Shown in pieces: positions 25,858 to 40,214 of a stretch of DNA of 64,000 nucleotides. The stretch covers positions 403,124,001 to 403,188,000 of the forward strand of contig OZ024740.1 of the NCBI GenBank assembly GCA_964016885.1, in the 5' to 3' direction. The notes beneath the pieces are model-generated. The model had not been told where the DNA came from. It worked only from the letters and a program-made list of their open reading frames with translations, and did no database searches. The translations under genes and the position numbers were made by a program. How positions within the stretch are numbered: the stretch's first letter is position 1; each line of letters begins with the position of its first letter. The DNA comes from Eledone cirrhosa (Eukaryota).

Positions 25858-28800
25858 ACAACAGCAGCAGCAGCAACAACAACAACAACCACAGCAACAG
25901 CGACGGCGGCGGTCGTAGTACCAGCAGCAACAACAACAGTAACAGCAGCTCTGACGACAACAGCAACAACAACAACAACAACAAAGAAAAACCAATCTCG
26001 TTTGCAGGTATCACAAAGAACCTGGAAGCCATCCTTATAACAAATGAGGAATTACAGGAAGCAAAGAAGATGGTGACGAAAACCGGACACCGAGCAATCT
26101 GCAAGGCAGCCGAAAAATCTTTCGAAACCCAACAGCACTGTACGGTCTCGTACCGTACAGCAAGCACAAAATCACGTAGGGTTGAAAGAGCCACAGAGGC
26201 TCAAATACAAAAAGCCTTAGGGTCTGTGTGGCAGCAGAAAACGCATATCACCCGAGGCAAGAAATATGCCACCGTGGATGTGCTTTTTGCCACACCCCAG
26301 GAGGCAAAGGCTCAATCCTTAGTGGTCCTAAGGAGCGAGAAAATGGTGTTGGTGCCCTCCTACTGCGGGCAAAAAATTGTGAGGGTAAAACTGACCCCCC
26401 CCCCCCGGATGGCCCCTTCTTGGCTGGCCGCGTTTGTCCTCGTCGGAATCGAGGACAAAACAACTGTACTGCAAATACAGAAAAAAGTACGAGAAGATTG
26501 GGTAGGCACCTCCATTGAGATGTTAATTCAAACCAACCAGGAGTGCATCGAAGCTATCCCGGATGTGATAGGCTTCGATAACGGCACTCAACTGCCCATA
26601 AGTGTTGAGGGCAAACGCCCGAAATGCTTTCGCTGTGGGTCGAAGACTCACCTCAGGGCCTTCTGCAATGAGAAGAACCTGAGAAAGGAGAACCTCTCCC
26701 CCCTCTTCCGATACCGGCTCCACTGCTACCAGCAACAGGACAGGCGGCAAGCAGCAAGGATAGGTTCGTGGCACCCATACCCACGCCACGGAAATCAAGA
26801 ACAGCAGCAGCAGTGGAAGTATTAACAACAACAACAGTAATACCAACTGCAGCTGCAACAGAGACTCCACTGCAACCATCACCAACAAGAACAAGTGAAA
26901 GAGTGGAGCTGGTACCCCTCCCCGACCTCACAGAATCGGACATGGAGTGTGAGGTGGGAGAGGGATGGCAAAAGGTCGCAAGAAGGCACAAACGCAGAAG
27001 CAGCGCATCGTCGCCTTCGAAAAAGGAGGGAAGAAATGAAAAAAAGGTAAATGCTACTGCAAAGAGACTTACAGCAACAACACCACCAACACCATCACCA
27101 CCCACACTAGCACCACCATCACCACCGGCGCCAACAACAACAACACCTTCAACTCACCACCACAAGCAGCAACATCGCAGACACAACAACAAAACACACA
27201 CGCACCCAGCAACAACGACAAGAAAATAGCAGAACCACAACCCAACCTCACAAAAAGAAATGCACAGCAATAAATACACACAAGAAACTAATGACTTACA
27301 TAATTGAACACAGACATTTCACAGCACGACTACATAATACCAGCACTAATCAAAACACCAACGATCATAAGACTGGTAAGAATAGCACAGAAACAATACA
27401 CAAACATTAAAATAAAATATCCCAACGCAGTTGGTGATTTCAGAGACCTAGGAGGGACACTCAACCGGAGAGTATACTCGGATATATTCACAGAAGAGCC
27501 GACGACTAGCCGAAGGGACGATTCAACGGTCCCTTCACCAGACGATCAAGTTGAAAGGGATGGGGAAACCATCCATCCTCTACGAGAAGTAAGGTAAGTG
27601 GTCTTTCCCATCTTTTCCACTCCATTTCAACATGACCTCATTCAGAATAGGCAGCATAAATGCGCGTGGCTTGGGGTCGTCATGGAAGCAGGGCCACCTG
27701 CTCAACGACCTCAGGTCACTAAACATAGATGTAGTGGCCATCAGCGAGACCAGAATCTCCGAAGCACGGGCTTCGCACCGATCTTCGGCGGCTACGATGT
27801 GTACGCATCTCCCAGCCGTCCTGGATCGGGGGGAGGAGTTGCTGTGCTTTTTCGGAGAGGTTTGGATCTCGCCATACGGGCCAGCTTCCTGGACCCAGAA
27901 GGTAAGTTGGGGGTGCTGGACGTGACCAGCGGAGACGGGCAAGCTTTCAGGCTAGTGGTCGTCTATGCCCCGACAGGAGCAGGCGGCCTGATTTCTTCCA
28001 GCGTCTAGAGACCTTTCTAGGAACGTCCCGCTCTTTAGTGTTAGTGGGCGACTCGAACGGGATCTTAGATGCACGCTGGGATTGTGTGGAGACTGGAATG
28101 TCTTCAGGCGCTAACAGCCCTCGACCAATCGGGCAATGTGATCGGTGGAAACTCCACCTCGGCGTTCTATAGAGGATTAGTGGAGGGGAAGAGCGACGAT
28201 GTACTTGGGAAAACTCTAGGCGTCGACGAAAATCAACTAGCCAATCTCTTCGGAAGAACTTTCGGGCCGGGACCTATGGACAATTTCCAGAAATCTCTGG
28301 CCTGGCAGTGCTACCGAGGAGCCTTGCCAGTTCGGGATAAACTCTACAGGCATGGAGGTGCCGTCAGCCGGGAATGTCCGAGATGCGCGCAGGGCGACGA
28401 AACCGTCCTGCACGCACTCGTCCAGTGTCCGAAAATTGCTGACTTGTGGGTTTATGTCGAAGACCTGCTGTCGCGTGTAGGACGGATCCGGCTATCATCT
28501 GAGTCCATCGTTAGGATTGCCCCGCCCTCTTCCTTTAGCCCGGAAGGGCAGGCAGTTTTTATCTGTCTGGTGGCCATGGCCAAAGAGATAGTATGGTGGA
28601 CACGTTTGAAAGGGCTGAAGACGAGCACTTACCTCTTCGGTGATGCCCTGATTGACTTTTTCAAATTTCATTTGAAAAGGAAAATCAGAGTAGAGAGGGA
28701 AGTGCTCTCTTCCCAGCATTTTGTTGAAAGATGGGTGAGAGAAGCAAGAATGGCCCGAGTGAATGGGCCTACTCTGAGTACGTATCTGTAAATTAAAGGT

Positions 28801-29028
28801 GGAAAACTGGGAGTGGTGGTCAGGGTCGCTGTGGCCTTTTACTGGGCTTTCTCCACAAATGTCCCTCCGAAGTCCCCCCCCCCCCTATTGGGGAATTTTT
28901 CATTGTTATTTTTTGTTACATCCTCTGTTTTTGTTTTTACACGCAGAAATGCCCATTTGTACCATCCTGTATTGTCCTGCACTGTCCTTAATGTCTACTT
29001 TATGCAAACCCTTGTGGTTAATAAAGAA

Positions 29029-29077
<49 letters not shown>

Positions 29078-29079
29078 TA
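25340..29079 (+). mobile_element. Second Tx1/L1-clade LINE of the same family: ORF1 present, RT deleted from ORF2
   Basis: ORF2 start 27632 homologous to 21624; jumps at ~28089 to sequence homologous to ~24057; shared 3' UTR and (ATT)n tail; 5' boundary approximate. Confidence 0.85.
25533..27597 (+). pseudogene. LINE ORF1 (frameshifted) with CCHC zinc knuckle and Ser/Asn- and Thr/Pro-rich tracts
   Basis: EGKRPKCFRCGSKTHLRAFC (CX2CX4HX4C); directly upstream of ORF2. Confidence 0.75.
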
Positions 29080-30767
29080 CATTTAGAACACCAGAAATAC
29101 ACATTCCGGTGACATGTCTTATTTTCACTTACTACCCTGTAGGCATTGAAAGAAACAACCTATTCTGATTTCTGGGTGAGGAGGGGCAGGAAAGCGGGGA
29201 GAGGAAGTAGAAACACAAAAACTGGTACCAGTTTGCGGAGTGGAGTGGAATGGAATGGCATAAGAAAATAGATTTGCAAACGTACCGTTAATGTCTTATG
29301 TTCTACGAGCGAATCATCTGTTTGCCGTCAACACAAACGGTTATTGCTTTGAATTAATAACGGAGAAACCAATGTCAGGAGAAAACGAAGGAAATTTCCT
29401 GGACATAGGCCAAGATTACAAAAATATATAGAAAGACAACTGAAACGAAAATATATACAAATACAAAATGATAAAAAAGAAACAAACAGGAATTGCCTGA
29501 AAATATATATAAACCGAATATCATGTCATTTTTACATCTATTTTTTTGTTTTTGTTTTTATTTATCACTGAGCAGGTGGTACAAGTGATAATGAACAATG
29601 TAGCTTAGCCATATTGGTTAGTCATCATTTTTTGCCTATCCCATGGCAGCCGTCACCTTTTTATCCACCTATAATCATCAGAATAGGAAATGGAAATCTT
29701 TAAACTCGTTTAAATCTGGCTATCATTTATAATTGTTTCTTATCATTATCATTTTTTTTTTTTTACAACTGTTGTTTCTCTTCTGGTTGTTGTTTTTATC
29801 ATATAATGCGCCAAATTAATTCGTTTGAAATATGTGTTTGGTGTTGCTGTAGTTATTGTTGTAATTTGTAGTTGTTGTCACTGCTGCTTCGTTGTTGTTG
29901 TTGGGAATGAACTGAACTGAACATTAATTATGTTCACTTCATATTCTTTTTTCTATATTGATATGTAAAAAAAATATATTTACACAATATAACCCACCCA
30001 TTTACAAATTGTGCATCATGAGATTCCTTGCTGAAAAAAAAATGGGTGAGATAAACATTTTTCTAGAAACTAAAATATTTATATCCAATCTCAGTTTGTA
30101 AGTTAGATATTTCAGGAATTTATTGAAAAGAAATAAAAAGCAGCATAAAAAATATCCGCCTAATGAGATGATTAACGTCATGTCTAAATATCTTGTTGTT
30201 GTTGATTTATTTTTTGTTAGTGATAATTCAATGTCGATATAATTCATGTTAAATGAAGATATAAGCGATTTCAAAAATATGGGTTGTACGTGAATCAACC
30301 AAAGCTTTTCGATGTAGTATAAGCTGAACTACTGGCCTTTTGAACGATGGGCTGCCTGTTCGAATCACAGCATAAATATCAAAGTATTTCATCTAGTTCT
30401 CAATCGCAGGTCAACATATCAGCAAACATGAGAAGTACAGTTCAAAAATGAAATATTATCTTGCCAAAAATACCCATTGTTATAACAATTAATTTAGATT
30501 AATCAGTAAAATATAATATATGAGAATTTAGATAGGCAACTCAGAAGGTCATTCAGTACAAGTGTATCGTCACATCTGACACAATCAGTTTAAGTGTTTC
30601 TGGTGTTTTAAAGAGTTACTAAATTCACAACTAGAAATTATTTTAGTATTTATACTTGGTTAAATATTCATATTAGGTGATAATAGTTCCTTTAACATTA
30701 TAGAAATTATTACATCTAACATACAGACATCAATAATTATTCCTGTTGATGATTCTATTGACTTTGA

Positions 30768-31005
30768 TGTGGTGGTAGTAGTGGTGGTGTAGTGGTGGTG
30801 GTGTTGGTAGTGGTGGTGTAGTGGTGGTGGTGGTGGTGTAGTGGTGTAGTGGTGGTGGTGGTGTAGTGGTAGTGGTGGTGGTCGTCGTCGTCGTCGTCGT
30901 CGTCGTCGTGGTGCTCGTGGTGTAGTGGTGTAGTGGTGGTGGTGATGGTGGTGGTGGTGGTGTAGTGGTGGTGGTGGTGGTGTAGTGGTGGTGGTAGTGT
31001 AGTGT
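30768..31005. repeat. (GTG/GTA/GTC)n trinucleotide low-complexity tract
   Basis: Visible repeat. Confidence 0.9.
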
Positions 31006-31622
31006 TGATTCTGGTTTTGGTGGTGGTGACGCGGATGTTATTGGTGATAGTTATGTTGTTGTTGTTTTGTGTTATAGCAGTGGTGGTGTTGGTTCTGGTG
31101 ATGGTTATGTTCTTTTTTCTGCTTTTTTGTTGATGTTATTATTATTATTTTTTGTTTGTTTTTTTTTTGTTTTTGGTAGGCCCGGCGGTCAAAACACTTT
31201 GCTCATTTTCTTACTAATTCAACCGACCTCAAAATATTGAATTTCATTTCAAGTAAGGTGGCAATATCGGTTTTTAAAATCTTGTTGTCACATCACCTAC
31301 ATCTAATTATAAAAAAATGGTAGAGATTTTATATATCTATTCAATGCTTGTTGCTGGGCCACTAGAATCAATCTCAGCTCAAGCACTAATTGTTGAGTAT
31401 GACATCTGACTCATGGACTGTTTGTTTATGCGCGCGCATGTGTGTAATGTAATACAAGTTCCTTACCATCCTAATCAATTTGGATGAAGTGCAATGTACC
31501 ATCTTTCCTAATGGTTAATCTAACGTGAAATCAATTAAATTCTCCATACATTAAATTCTTTCAACAATCATATCCTTCCAAAAGTTTACATTTTGTCACC
31601 AGTAGAGATATTATTCTATATA

Positions 31623-31700
31623 TTGGGTCGTCAAGTATGAAATTTGTAGAAAAAAAACATATGGCCATATGCCTCAAAAATTTCAAACATGACGACCCAA
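31623..31700. mobile_element. 78-bp Tc1/mariner-type MITE or deletion derivative
   Basis: TIRs TTGGGTCGTCA(A/T)GT(A/T)TGAAATTT flanked by TA on both sides. Confidence 0.65.
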
Positions 31701-32149
31701 TACATATCTATATACATCTATATGTTCATCTCAGTAAACTTTGCAGAAACTCGTCATGATTTATCCGGCCGAGTTCATCGTATCATTTCATCGTTTCGGG
31801 ATCAATAAAATAAGGTACCAGTCAAGTACTGAGGCCAATACAATTGACCTATCTCTCTTTTGATTCATCTTTCTTTAATCTGCTGGTCTTGTGTCTAAAT
31901 TAGAAACCACTTATATATGACTAATTATGAAAGTGTTATAGAGAAGACGTAGATTGTGACCCGGCATGATTCTATACCTCATTATGTGATAGGAACTCTA
32001 CTTAATATAACATATTTCGTTGATTTTGTAGCATTTGTTTAGCTCCTGGTCAACATTAACTGGGCATACCTATGATAAAAACCATTACAACTCTGACTAG
32101 CCACTACATTTTTGTGGAATAACAGGTTTAGACATAATGAATTATATAT

Positions 32150-32584
32150 ATATATATTTCGTTTCTGAATTTGTTTAGCAAGATTCTTTATCTGAAAACA
32201 TGTGTTACAAAATGTAAACACACATACATGGAACAAACAACCAACTAGTAGCATGTAAATAAACAAATAAATAAGTAAATAAAAACACACACAGACACCC
32301 GGATGTAACACATGCACAAACTAAGCACACAACACACACAAAATCAAGATGGCGTAGGACAGTACAAAGAAGAGGCACAAAACAAAGAAAAGAATCCCCA
32401 GTCACTGAAGAGGTCACAGAATGTGTGACGAAAGAACTTTGACAATATATGAACAACCGTCCGGTTGTGAAACCAACCAACCAACCAGAAATTTACAAAT
32501 TTCTAAAATTTAATTTATAATAAATTGGAGTGAAACTGGTGCGTGTGTTTCTTATTGGCAACATGACCCTCCCAAAGTATAACA

Positions 32585-32590
<6 letters not shown>
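32150..32590 (+). mobile_element. Hammerhead-bearing short element (family H2) between (TA)n tracts
   Basis: Homologous to 14090-14372 and 50988-51192; its 5' ~60 bp is an inverted piece of the family's 3' tail. Confidence 0.7.
32401..32443 (+). ncRNA. Minimal type I hammerhead ribozyme motif
   Basis: GTCA-CTGAAGA-G-GTCACA(gaatg)TGTGAC-GAAA-GAAC-TT-TGAC. Confidence 0.65.
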
Positions 32591-32627
<37 letters not shown>

Positions 32628-33184
32628 CTGGAGAGAACATGGGCTCAGGAAGCGCTGAATGTCACCTTAGCACTCCTTCGACTCCATCAGGAATTACAGG
32701 TTCAAAGGAAATATATATGTGTGTGTGTGTGTATTTCTGTGTGTGTGTGTGCATTTTTCTGTGGGGGGGGTATGGGTTTGTCTGTGTGGGTGTATGTAGC
32801 TTAAATTATCCTTGTCATGTCTGATTTATAATGGTGAATGTATTAAGAGTGGTTCACATATTGTCTGAGGTCAAGGTGTTTTGAACGTTTTAAAAGATTT
32901 TAGTGCATAGCGGTAGTTAATTACAGATAATTACATTAGCTACGCCATATTACAATTAACTGAAACCTAACGACATCACTAAAATAATACTATTTCTTAT
33001 CTATAACACTGACGTGTTGCTATCAAAGATGCTGATCTTCTAGTGAATTAAGTATTTACAGGCGAGAAGGTGGTAGAGTGATAAATATTTACAGGAAATA
33101 CAATATTAATAACATGCACACGTGCACACGCACATATACAAACGCTCCCTACTTCCCCCTTCTTACTTTCTCTCCTCATCTCTC

Positions 33185-33248
<64 letters not shown>

Positions 33249-33385
33249 TGTAGACCAAATATTAAAAAAGATTAAAAAATATTAAGCAAACAATTTGTTT
33301 TTGCCAATTAAAATGGTAAAACCAGAAATTATCTGCTTAAACTTTAAATCTGTGCTAATAACAAATATATATGTGTGTGTGTATG

Positions 33386-33431
<46 letters not shown>

Positions 33432-33439
33432 ACAAAGAT

Positions 33440-33610
33440 GGTGTGGTAAGATACCAGGTGGACCATAACGCACCAGATTACTCAATACTTAGGGTAGTAG
33501 AGTGGGTAATATGAAAAGTGTCAGGACCCCGACGGCTGAGCTCTGGCCGATTCGACAGCTAGATCCGAACGTTTTCAGATCTAGCTGTCGGGGCCTTGAC
33601 TCTTTTCATA
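33440..33610 (-). mobile_element. Family H3 element fragment with fold-back
   Basis: Homologous to 60255-60428 and 38130-38180; nested inverted repeats. Confidence 0.65.
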
Positions 33611-33628
33611 TATAAATATATATATATA

Positions 33629-33669
<41 letters not shown>

Positions 33670-34961
33670 ATACATACATATAATTTATTTATGTTCATAC
33701 ACGGAACAAAAGCGCTACCTAATATTTCAAGGCCCAATATTGACCATATCTCCAGAATATAAGAGGGATCAAAATCGTGACCTAATCTTCAGGTGCTTAT
33801 AGGAGTTTCTAAGATACCGTTAAAAATAATACTTGCTAAAACGCTAGTTTACGAAAAAGTATTATAACAAAGGGAAATAACTCCAAGTTGTAAATCTAAA
33901 ATCGCGAAATCGTGCAGATGTTAATATTCCTGGGTTAGAGCAGATAGATAGTATTATGATGGTATGTAATATAGAGATGGTAATATTTATATAACATCAT
34001 GGAGTAGAGTAATATAGAAGGTGTACAGTATTATGTAGGTTTGGAAAATGAAAGATAAAAGATATTACGAAAGTATTTAAAACATATCAAGTTGGTTGAA
34101 AATCAGTCAATTTGTTGAATATCTACACTTAGCAACCAGTTGACATTTGAAATGGAGGCATCCTCTAAGAATTTCGCTCTTTCAGTACATATAATTATTG
34201 TTCGAAGATGACAAACCTTGTAATATTCTAAATTCCTCACTACAAGAAAGATGGATTTTTTTGGTACCATTGATGTAAGAATTGATCTTTCAAATATCTT
34301 CCAAATAATCTTATGCACTTGGCGATTTTGTTTTTACAAAGTCTTCCTTCACTCCGTGGCGTAGTGGTCATTTTGTGGAAAGGATGTAGTTGACTCCGCA
34401 TGCGTAGTGCAGCTGTTAAACTACGTGGTTCCTTAGGCAGGTTGGGTTTGTGTTGTAGCTGTTGTAGCTGTTGTAGCTGTTCATTACTGTTGTGGTAGCA
34501 GTAGTATTTTCCTTGATTGAGCCTCACCGTAAAAGGCAGGAGTTTACTTCATGGCTCTGTGTGAGGTGTTGTTATCTCAGAGTACGTCCACGCCTTCGTA
34601 GACCCAGTTTTTGTCTTCGTCCTTGTTCTCTCGTTTTTTTCTTTTTATCCTCTCTGGTATTTTTCTTTTGCTTTCTCCCTCTAATTTTTCCTTTTTTCAT
34701 GGTCTTGTCTATCGTTGATGTTTTTCTTGTTATTGGTTTGGTAACAGCCAGATCTATCTATTCCAAATGAGCGAGAAATGTCTAAGGACACTACTTTCAA
34801 TATATGTAAAACGTCCTCGAACATGAACCCATTACTGAGACTGGAATATTTTCGCCCGGACAACTCAATCTAAACAAATTCCGATTTATTTTAATTTGAA
34901 TATAAATATAGCTTTATCTCAAATTTATGACTTATAACTTTGACCCAAACAAATTTCCCTT

Positions 34962-35390
<429 letters not shown>

Positions 35391-35452
35391 TATATATATA
35401 TATATATATTAATTCAAAATATTAACAAAATAGATATTCTTGTGATCAAGTA

Positions 35453-35519
35453 TATTTTATTATACATATTTAAGAGGTACTGAGTTTACTTCAACAGTAC
35501 GTCCTCATCAGATAAAATA
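35453..35519 (-). ncRNA. Type I hammerhead motif (family H1), GAAA mutated to TAAA
   Basis: TATTTTAT-CTGATGA-GGACGTACTG/CAGTACCTCT-TAAA-TATGTA-TA-ATAAAATA. Confidence 0.65.
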
Positions 35520-35681
35520 AGATGATGCATGACATACCCTGACATAGTAGATGGTTAAGATTCAATATTAATATTAATAACTCTGGAAAACCTCTTTTGT
35601 TGAGTGCTTCCAATCTATTGTAAAACTCATTCTGTGATGTATTCATTGAACCTTGTTTAACTTTTAAATATATATATATAT

Positions 35682-36733
35682 ATATTATATTTAGAGTATA
35701 CACTCAAAGAGTCATTTACAATTAATTAGCTCAAAGAAAGAAGCATTTCTGAGCCGTGCAATACAAGTTAATATAAATTAATATATGATAAACACCTAAG
35801 TGTTTGTATTGTAAAAGACAAAAGTTAGCTAGAATGAAACAAACTAATTCAAATAAATATAGCCTGCCTGTATCGATTTAAAAAATAATAAATCAATATA
35901 CGCAAACTCATATTGGCAAATAGCCGTGGTACCTAGACAAATTTAAATTTCAAAATTCAAACCTTTTCCGCAGACCAATCTGAACCTCAAAATCCAAACA
36001 TGTTTCGCAAACGATGGTATAAAAGTGAAATAATCAATTTTCTGTGCTTATCAATAGGTACCCAGAAAAATTAGGTTACTTCACCTCGAAAAAATTTTGA
36101 AGGCCTGGTTTACGAGCACAAACGCACGTGGTTTTGCACTCGGTTCTTCCAGCTCACTAGCTATCTCATACTCATGGCGCTAGAAATAACAGCCGTTTAT
36201 ATGGGATTAAAGATTAGCTGAACCGAGGGAGCAGTAATATATTATATTTAGAGTATACACTCAAATAGTCATTTACAATTAATTAGCTCAAAGAAAGAAG
36301 CATTTCTGAGCTGTGCAATACAAGTTAATATAAATTAATATATGATAAACACCTAAGTGTTTGTATTGTAAAAGACAAAAGTTAGCTAGAATGAAACAAA
36401 CTAATTTAAATAAATATAGCCTGCCTGTATCGATTTAAAATATAATAATAAATCAATATACGCAAACTCATATTGGCAAATAGCCGTGGTACCTAGACAA
36501 ATTTAAATTTAAAAATTCAAACCTTTTCCGCAGATCAATCTGAACCTCAAATTCCAAACATGTTTCGCAAACGATGGTATAAAAGTGAAATAATCAAATG
36601 GGCTTATCAATAGGTACCCAAATCGATACAGGCAGGCTATATTTATTTGAATTAGTTTGTTTCATTCTAGCTAACTTTTGTCTTTTACAATACAAACACT
36701 TAGGTGTTTATCATATATTAATTTATATTAACT

Positions 36734-36737
<4 letters not shown>
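35682..36737. repeat. ~380-bp direct duplication plus ~118-bp inverted copy
   Basis: 35682-36064 matches 36237-36620; 36620-36737 is the reverse complement of ~36319-36436. Confidence 0.9.
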
Positions 36738-36817
<80 letters not shown>

Positions 36818-38072
36818 TTTAAAAGTTAAACAAGGTTCAATCATGGCAAACACAGATTGCGTAGGACTTATCTCGCCCTCAAACCCCATAATGACCCGAG
36901 GGGGGGGGGGGGTAAACAAGGGTTGTAACACCCCACTTTCCCACTTTCCGACTTTGTAATGGGAAACCCCTGCTTGCAAAGGTAGACGTAAGATTTTCTT
37001 TTATATCTTTTTATCGTTTCCTCTATATTTCCTTCTTCCCTCATCCCTTCCTAGTCCTTCCACCACAGTCCTCCTTCTTTGTCGTCGTCCTTTTCACTTT
37101 CTAGCCCACCCCGAGGCAGCCCCTCGGTCCTTTGTAGCCTCACTACCCCCACCCCCATCCCCTATTCTATGATAGAATTGGCCGACTTCGCTTTTTATAG
37201 CAGATGTGATAGACCCCAGATACTTGCTTTCTTATCCGATGGCTGCCCCATTTCCGTGCTTTCTACATTTCTTAGTGGTATCTCTGCTTTAGTTTCTCGT
37301 ATATCAGTATTTCTTTTTTGGGGGTGGTGGTGGTGGGGGGGATTCTGAATTAATTTTCCATATCAAATTTTTCATATATATCGTACGAGCATTTATGTAG
37401 TTTGTACTAGAATTTTTGTATCGTAGCGGCACCCTTAGATATAGTATTAGTATTCATTTTCGGGATTCTGAATTATTATTTCGTATTAGTTTATGTTTTG
37501 CACTGGGTAATTGCTGGCCTTGTGCCTGAAGTAGAAACAATTCTTTCGTATTAGTTTCGAGGCTCTGAATTATTATTTCGTGGTAGTTTCTTTAGTATTT
37601 TGGCTCCCTACTTGTTGACCTGTCACTGTAAGATATACTCGGTTGATTACTACTAACTCTTAAAATTGTCTCTCTACAATTCCGTCCCACCTAGTAAACT
37701 TTTTTATAGTTTAGCAGTACCAGTGAGAAACTTGATGATTGTGGTTAGGGAATAGTAACCAGAAATTGTTTTTTTATATTTTTAACATTCTTGGTATTCT
37801 TCTATATATTATTCCATATTGATTTACTTATTGTTTTGACTTCCTCCCCCTCCCCCTCCCTAGTATACTTGCTTGACCTCCTGCCCTTTGGATCCTGCTG
37901 TAGTTGGCACTATCAACGCACGACTGGGTTTCCTCCATTCCCTCTCCCTCTTTCTTCTACTGGCAGGTTCAGCTACCCCTTCCTTCCACAAATTGGCATG
38001 ATAGAATTATGTGTCTCAACAACAAACTTTTGACCAATCCTTGTGACAATCACTTTTACCATATATGGAATT

Positions 38073-38168
38073 ATCCCCTGAGAAGCTCGGCTATTCATAT
38101 ACCAGGATAAAAATGTTCATTTAGTCGAGAATTAGCCGTCGAAACGGCTTGAGCTCAGCCGTCGGGGT
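38073..38168 (+). ncRNA. Type I hammerhead-like motif (family H3) with long stem III and variant core
   Basis: ATCCC-CTGAGAA-..CGGCTA/TAGCCG..-GAAA-CGGCT(tgagctc)AGCCG-TC-GGGGT; position 8 is A instead of G. Confidence 0.55.
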
Positions 38169-38180
38169 CCTACTCGTCCC

Positions 38181-38375
<195 letters not shown>

Positions 38376-39606
38376 ACCCACACTTGTCTGAACCAGCAAA
38401 TTTTGTAATACACAGAAAAAGATGTATTAGATTTACCTATCTTCACTCCTCTCATCATCAAAACACCCAACTCAGGTTTTTATTCCCAAGAACAGTAAGC
38501 TTTTAGAACATCCAACTTGCTTAGGGTTTTACTAAACGCATCGACTTGCAAAATGTGAATCTAACTGCATCTATGTCGAGCTTACCAGTCCAGACTAAGA
38601 GGAACTGCACTGGCTCTGGAGATTTCCTCTTCTCCAGAAGAAAACATGAGAAAAGCAAATTACATGTACAAATATATTAAGGCTCATATGGAAACAGAAA
38701 TTATGCATGTGATGGTGTATGCGTGTGTGTGTCTGAAAATACAGATGTGCAAATGAAATATGGAATTTATATAATTACGTATTTCTGTATTTCTATTAGT
38801 AGCCATTGCTTTAGATAAATTGTTATTGTTTCAGTTTCAGAAATATCATTATTTAGAATATGAAATAGATTTCGTCTCCAAGAAAACCTAATTCATTCAG
38901 GAATATCCTTACTTTGATATAAATGCATAAATAATGCATGCATCATACAAATATATGAACTTACACTTATATATGTTTGCATGATTATATATATATGTGT
39001 GTGTATGTGTGCACGTATGTGTGTGTGTGTGTGCGTGTGCGTTGGTCCTCCCATTTCTGTTTATATTTAACCAATAATGACAAATTATTGATTGACAGGT
39101 TTATGATTGGAATACGTCAACAGATTGAAATATGTACTTGGGTTCGGTTAACAGATCCACTATAATACGAAGAGAAAGTTTGCATTTGAAAAATAGTCTA
39201 TTGATCACTGAAAGATGATGTTACATTTTCCGTTGATAATAGAAACGGTATCAAATATTATACGATTAAACCAGGGAGATATCATCTATCTGTTCTTTCC
39301 TCTGGCGCCATATAACTTTCTCCAGATGCTCTTGACAATAACACTTTAAATTAAATTCAACAGAATCAATCAAATTGTCTATCATATGTTAACTGTTGCG
39401 TCGAATCAATGTTGATTCAGGCGAATATGATTTCAGTATTCCTTCTGTTGACGCAGATAGAGAATATGTCTGCAAGGCTGTATATTTCTCCAAGAATGCA
39501 TTAATTCAATAAGATATGTAACAAAAATCCTTTTAAGTAATGTCTTCGATATAAGTTTTGATTCGGTTGAAAAGATCTCGATTAAAAGATCCATATATAT
39601 ATATAC

Positions 39607-39645
<39 letters not shown>

Positions 39646-39689
39646 TCTATACATATAGAGATACATATATATACGTATAAATATATGTA

Positions 39690-39739
<50 letters not shown>

Positions 39740-40214
39740 CATACGCACACTCTCACAAACACACATGAACACACACACATCCACACACACACATCACACA
39801 CACACACACATATATATATATGTACATACATACATATATATATTTATATATATATGTGTGTGTGTGTGTGTGCGTGCGCGCGCGCATTGTATGTGAGAAT
39901 ATATTTATGACGCTTTACAATCACACAAACACGCACGCGCACACATACGTACACCCACATACGTACACCTACATATATATATATATGCATATATATGTAT
40001 CTGGGCTGTATGTGTTAGCATAAGTATTGTCATTTATTGAGACTGTGCAGGCAACTAATATTTTTTAACTGTGACCTCAGTCGATTGATTCTCTCGAGAA
40101 CCCTAGTGATGACTAAGTTATTTAGTAGAGAGGCGGCTATTAGTGACAGGGTTGGCATGTGTTTCAACTTTAAAAGTAATTGCACAATATTTAATAGTAG
40201 AAGATATATAGCTA

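Noticed and set aside
21580-27600. AG|GTAAG splice-donor-like motif before ORF2 in both Tx1 copies
   Set aside because: Explained by the conserved ORF1 stop codon; no evidence of splicing
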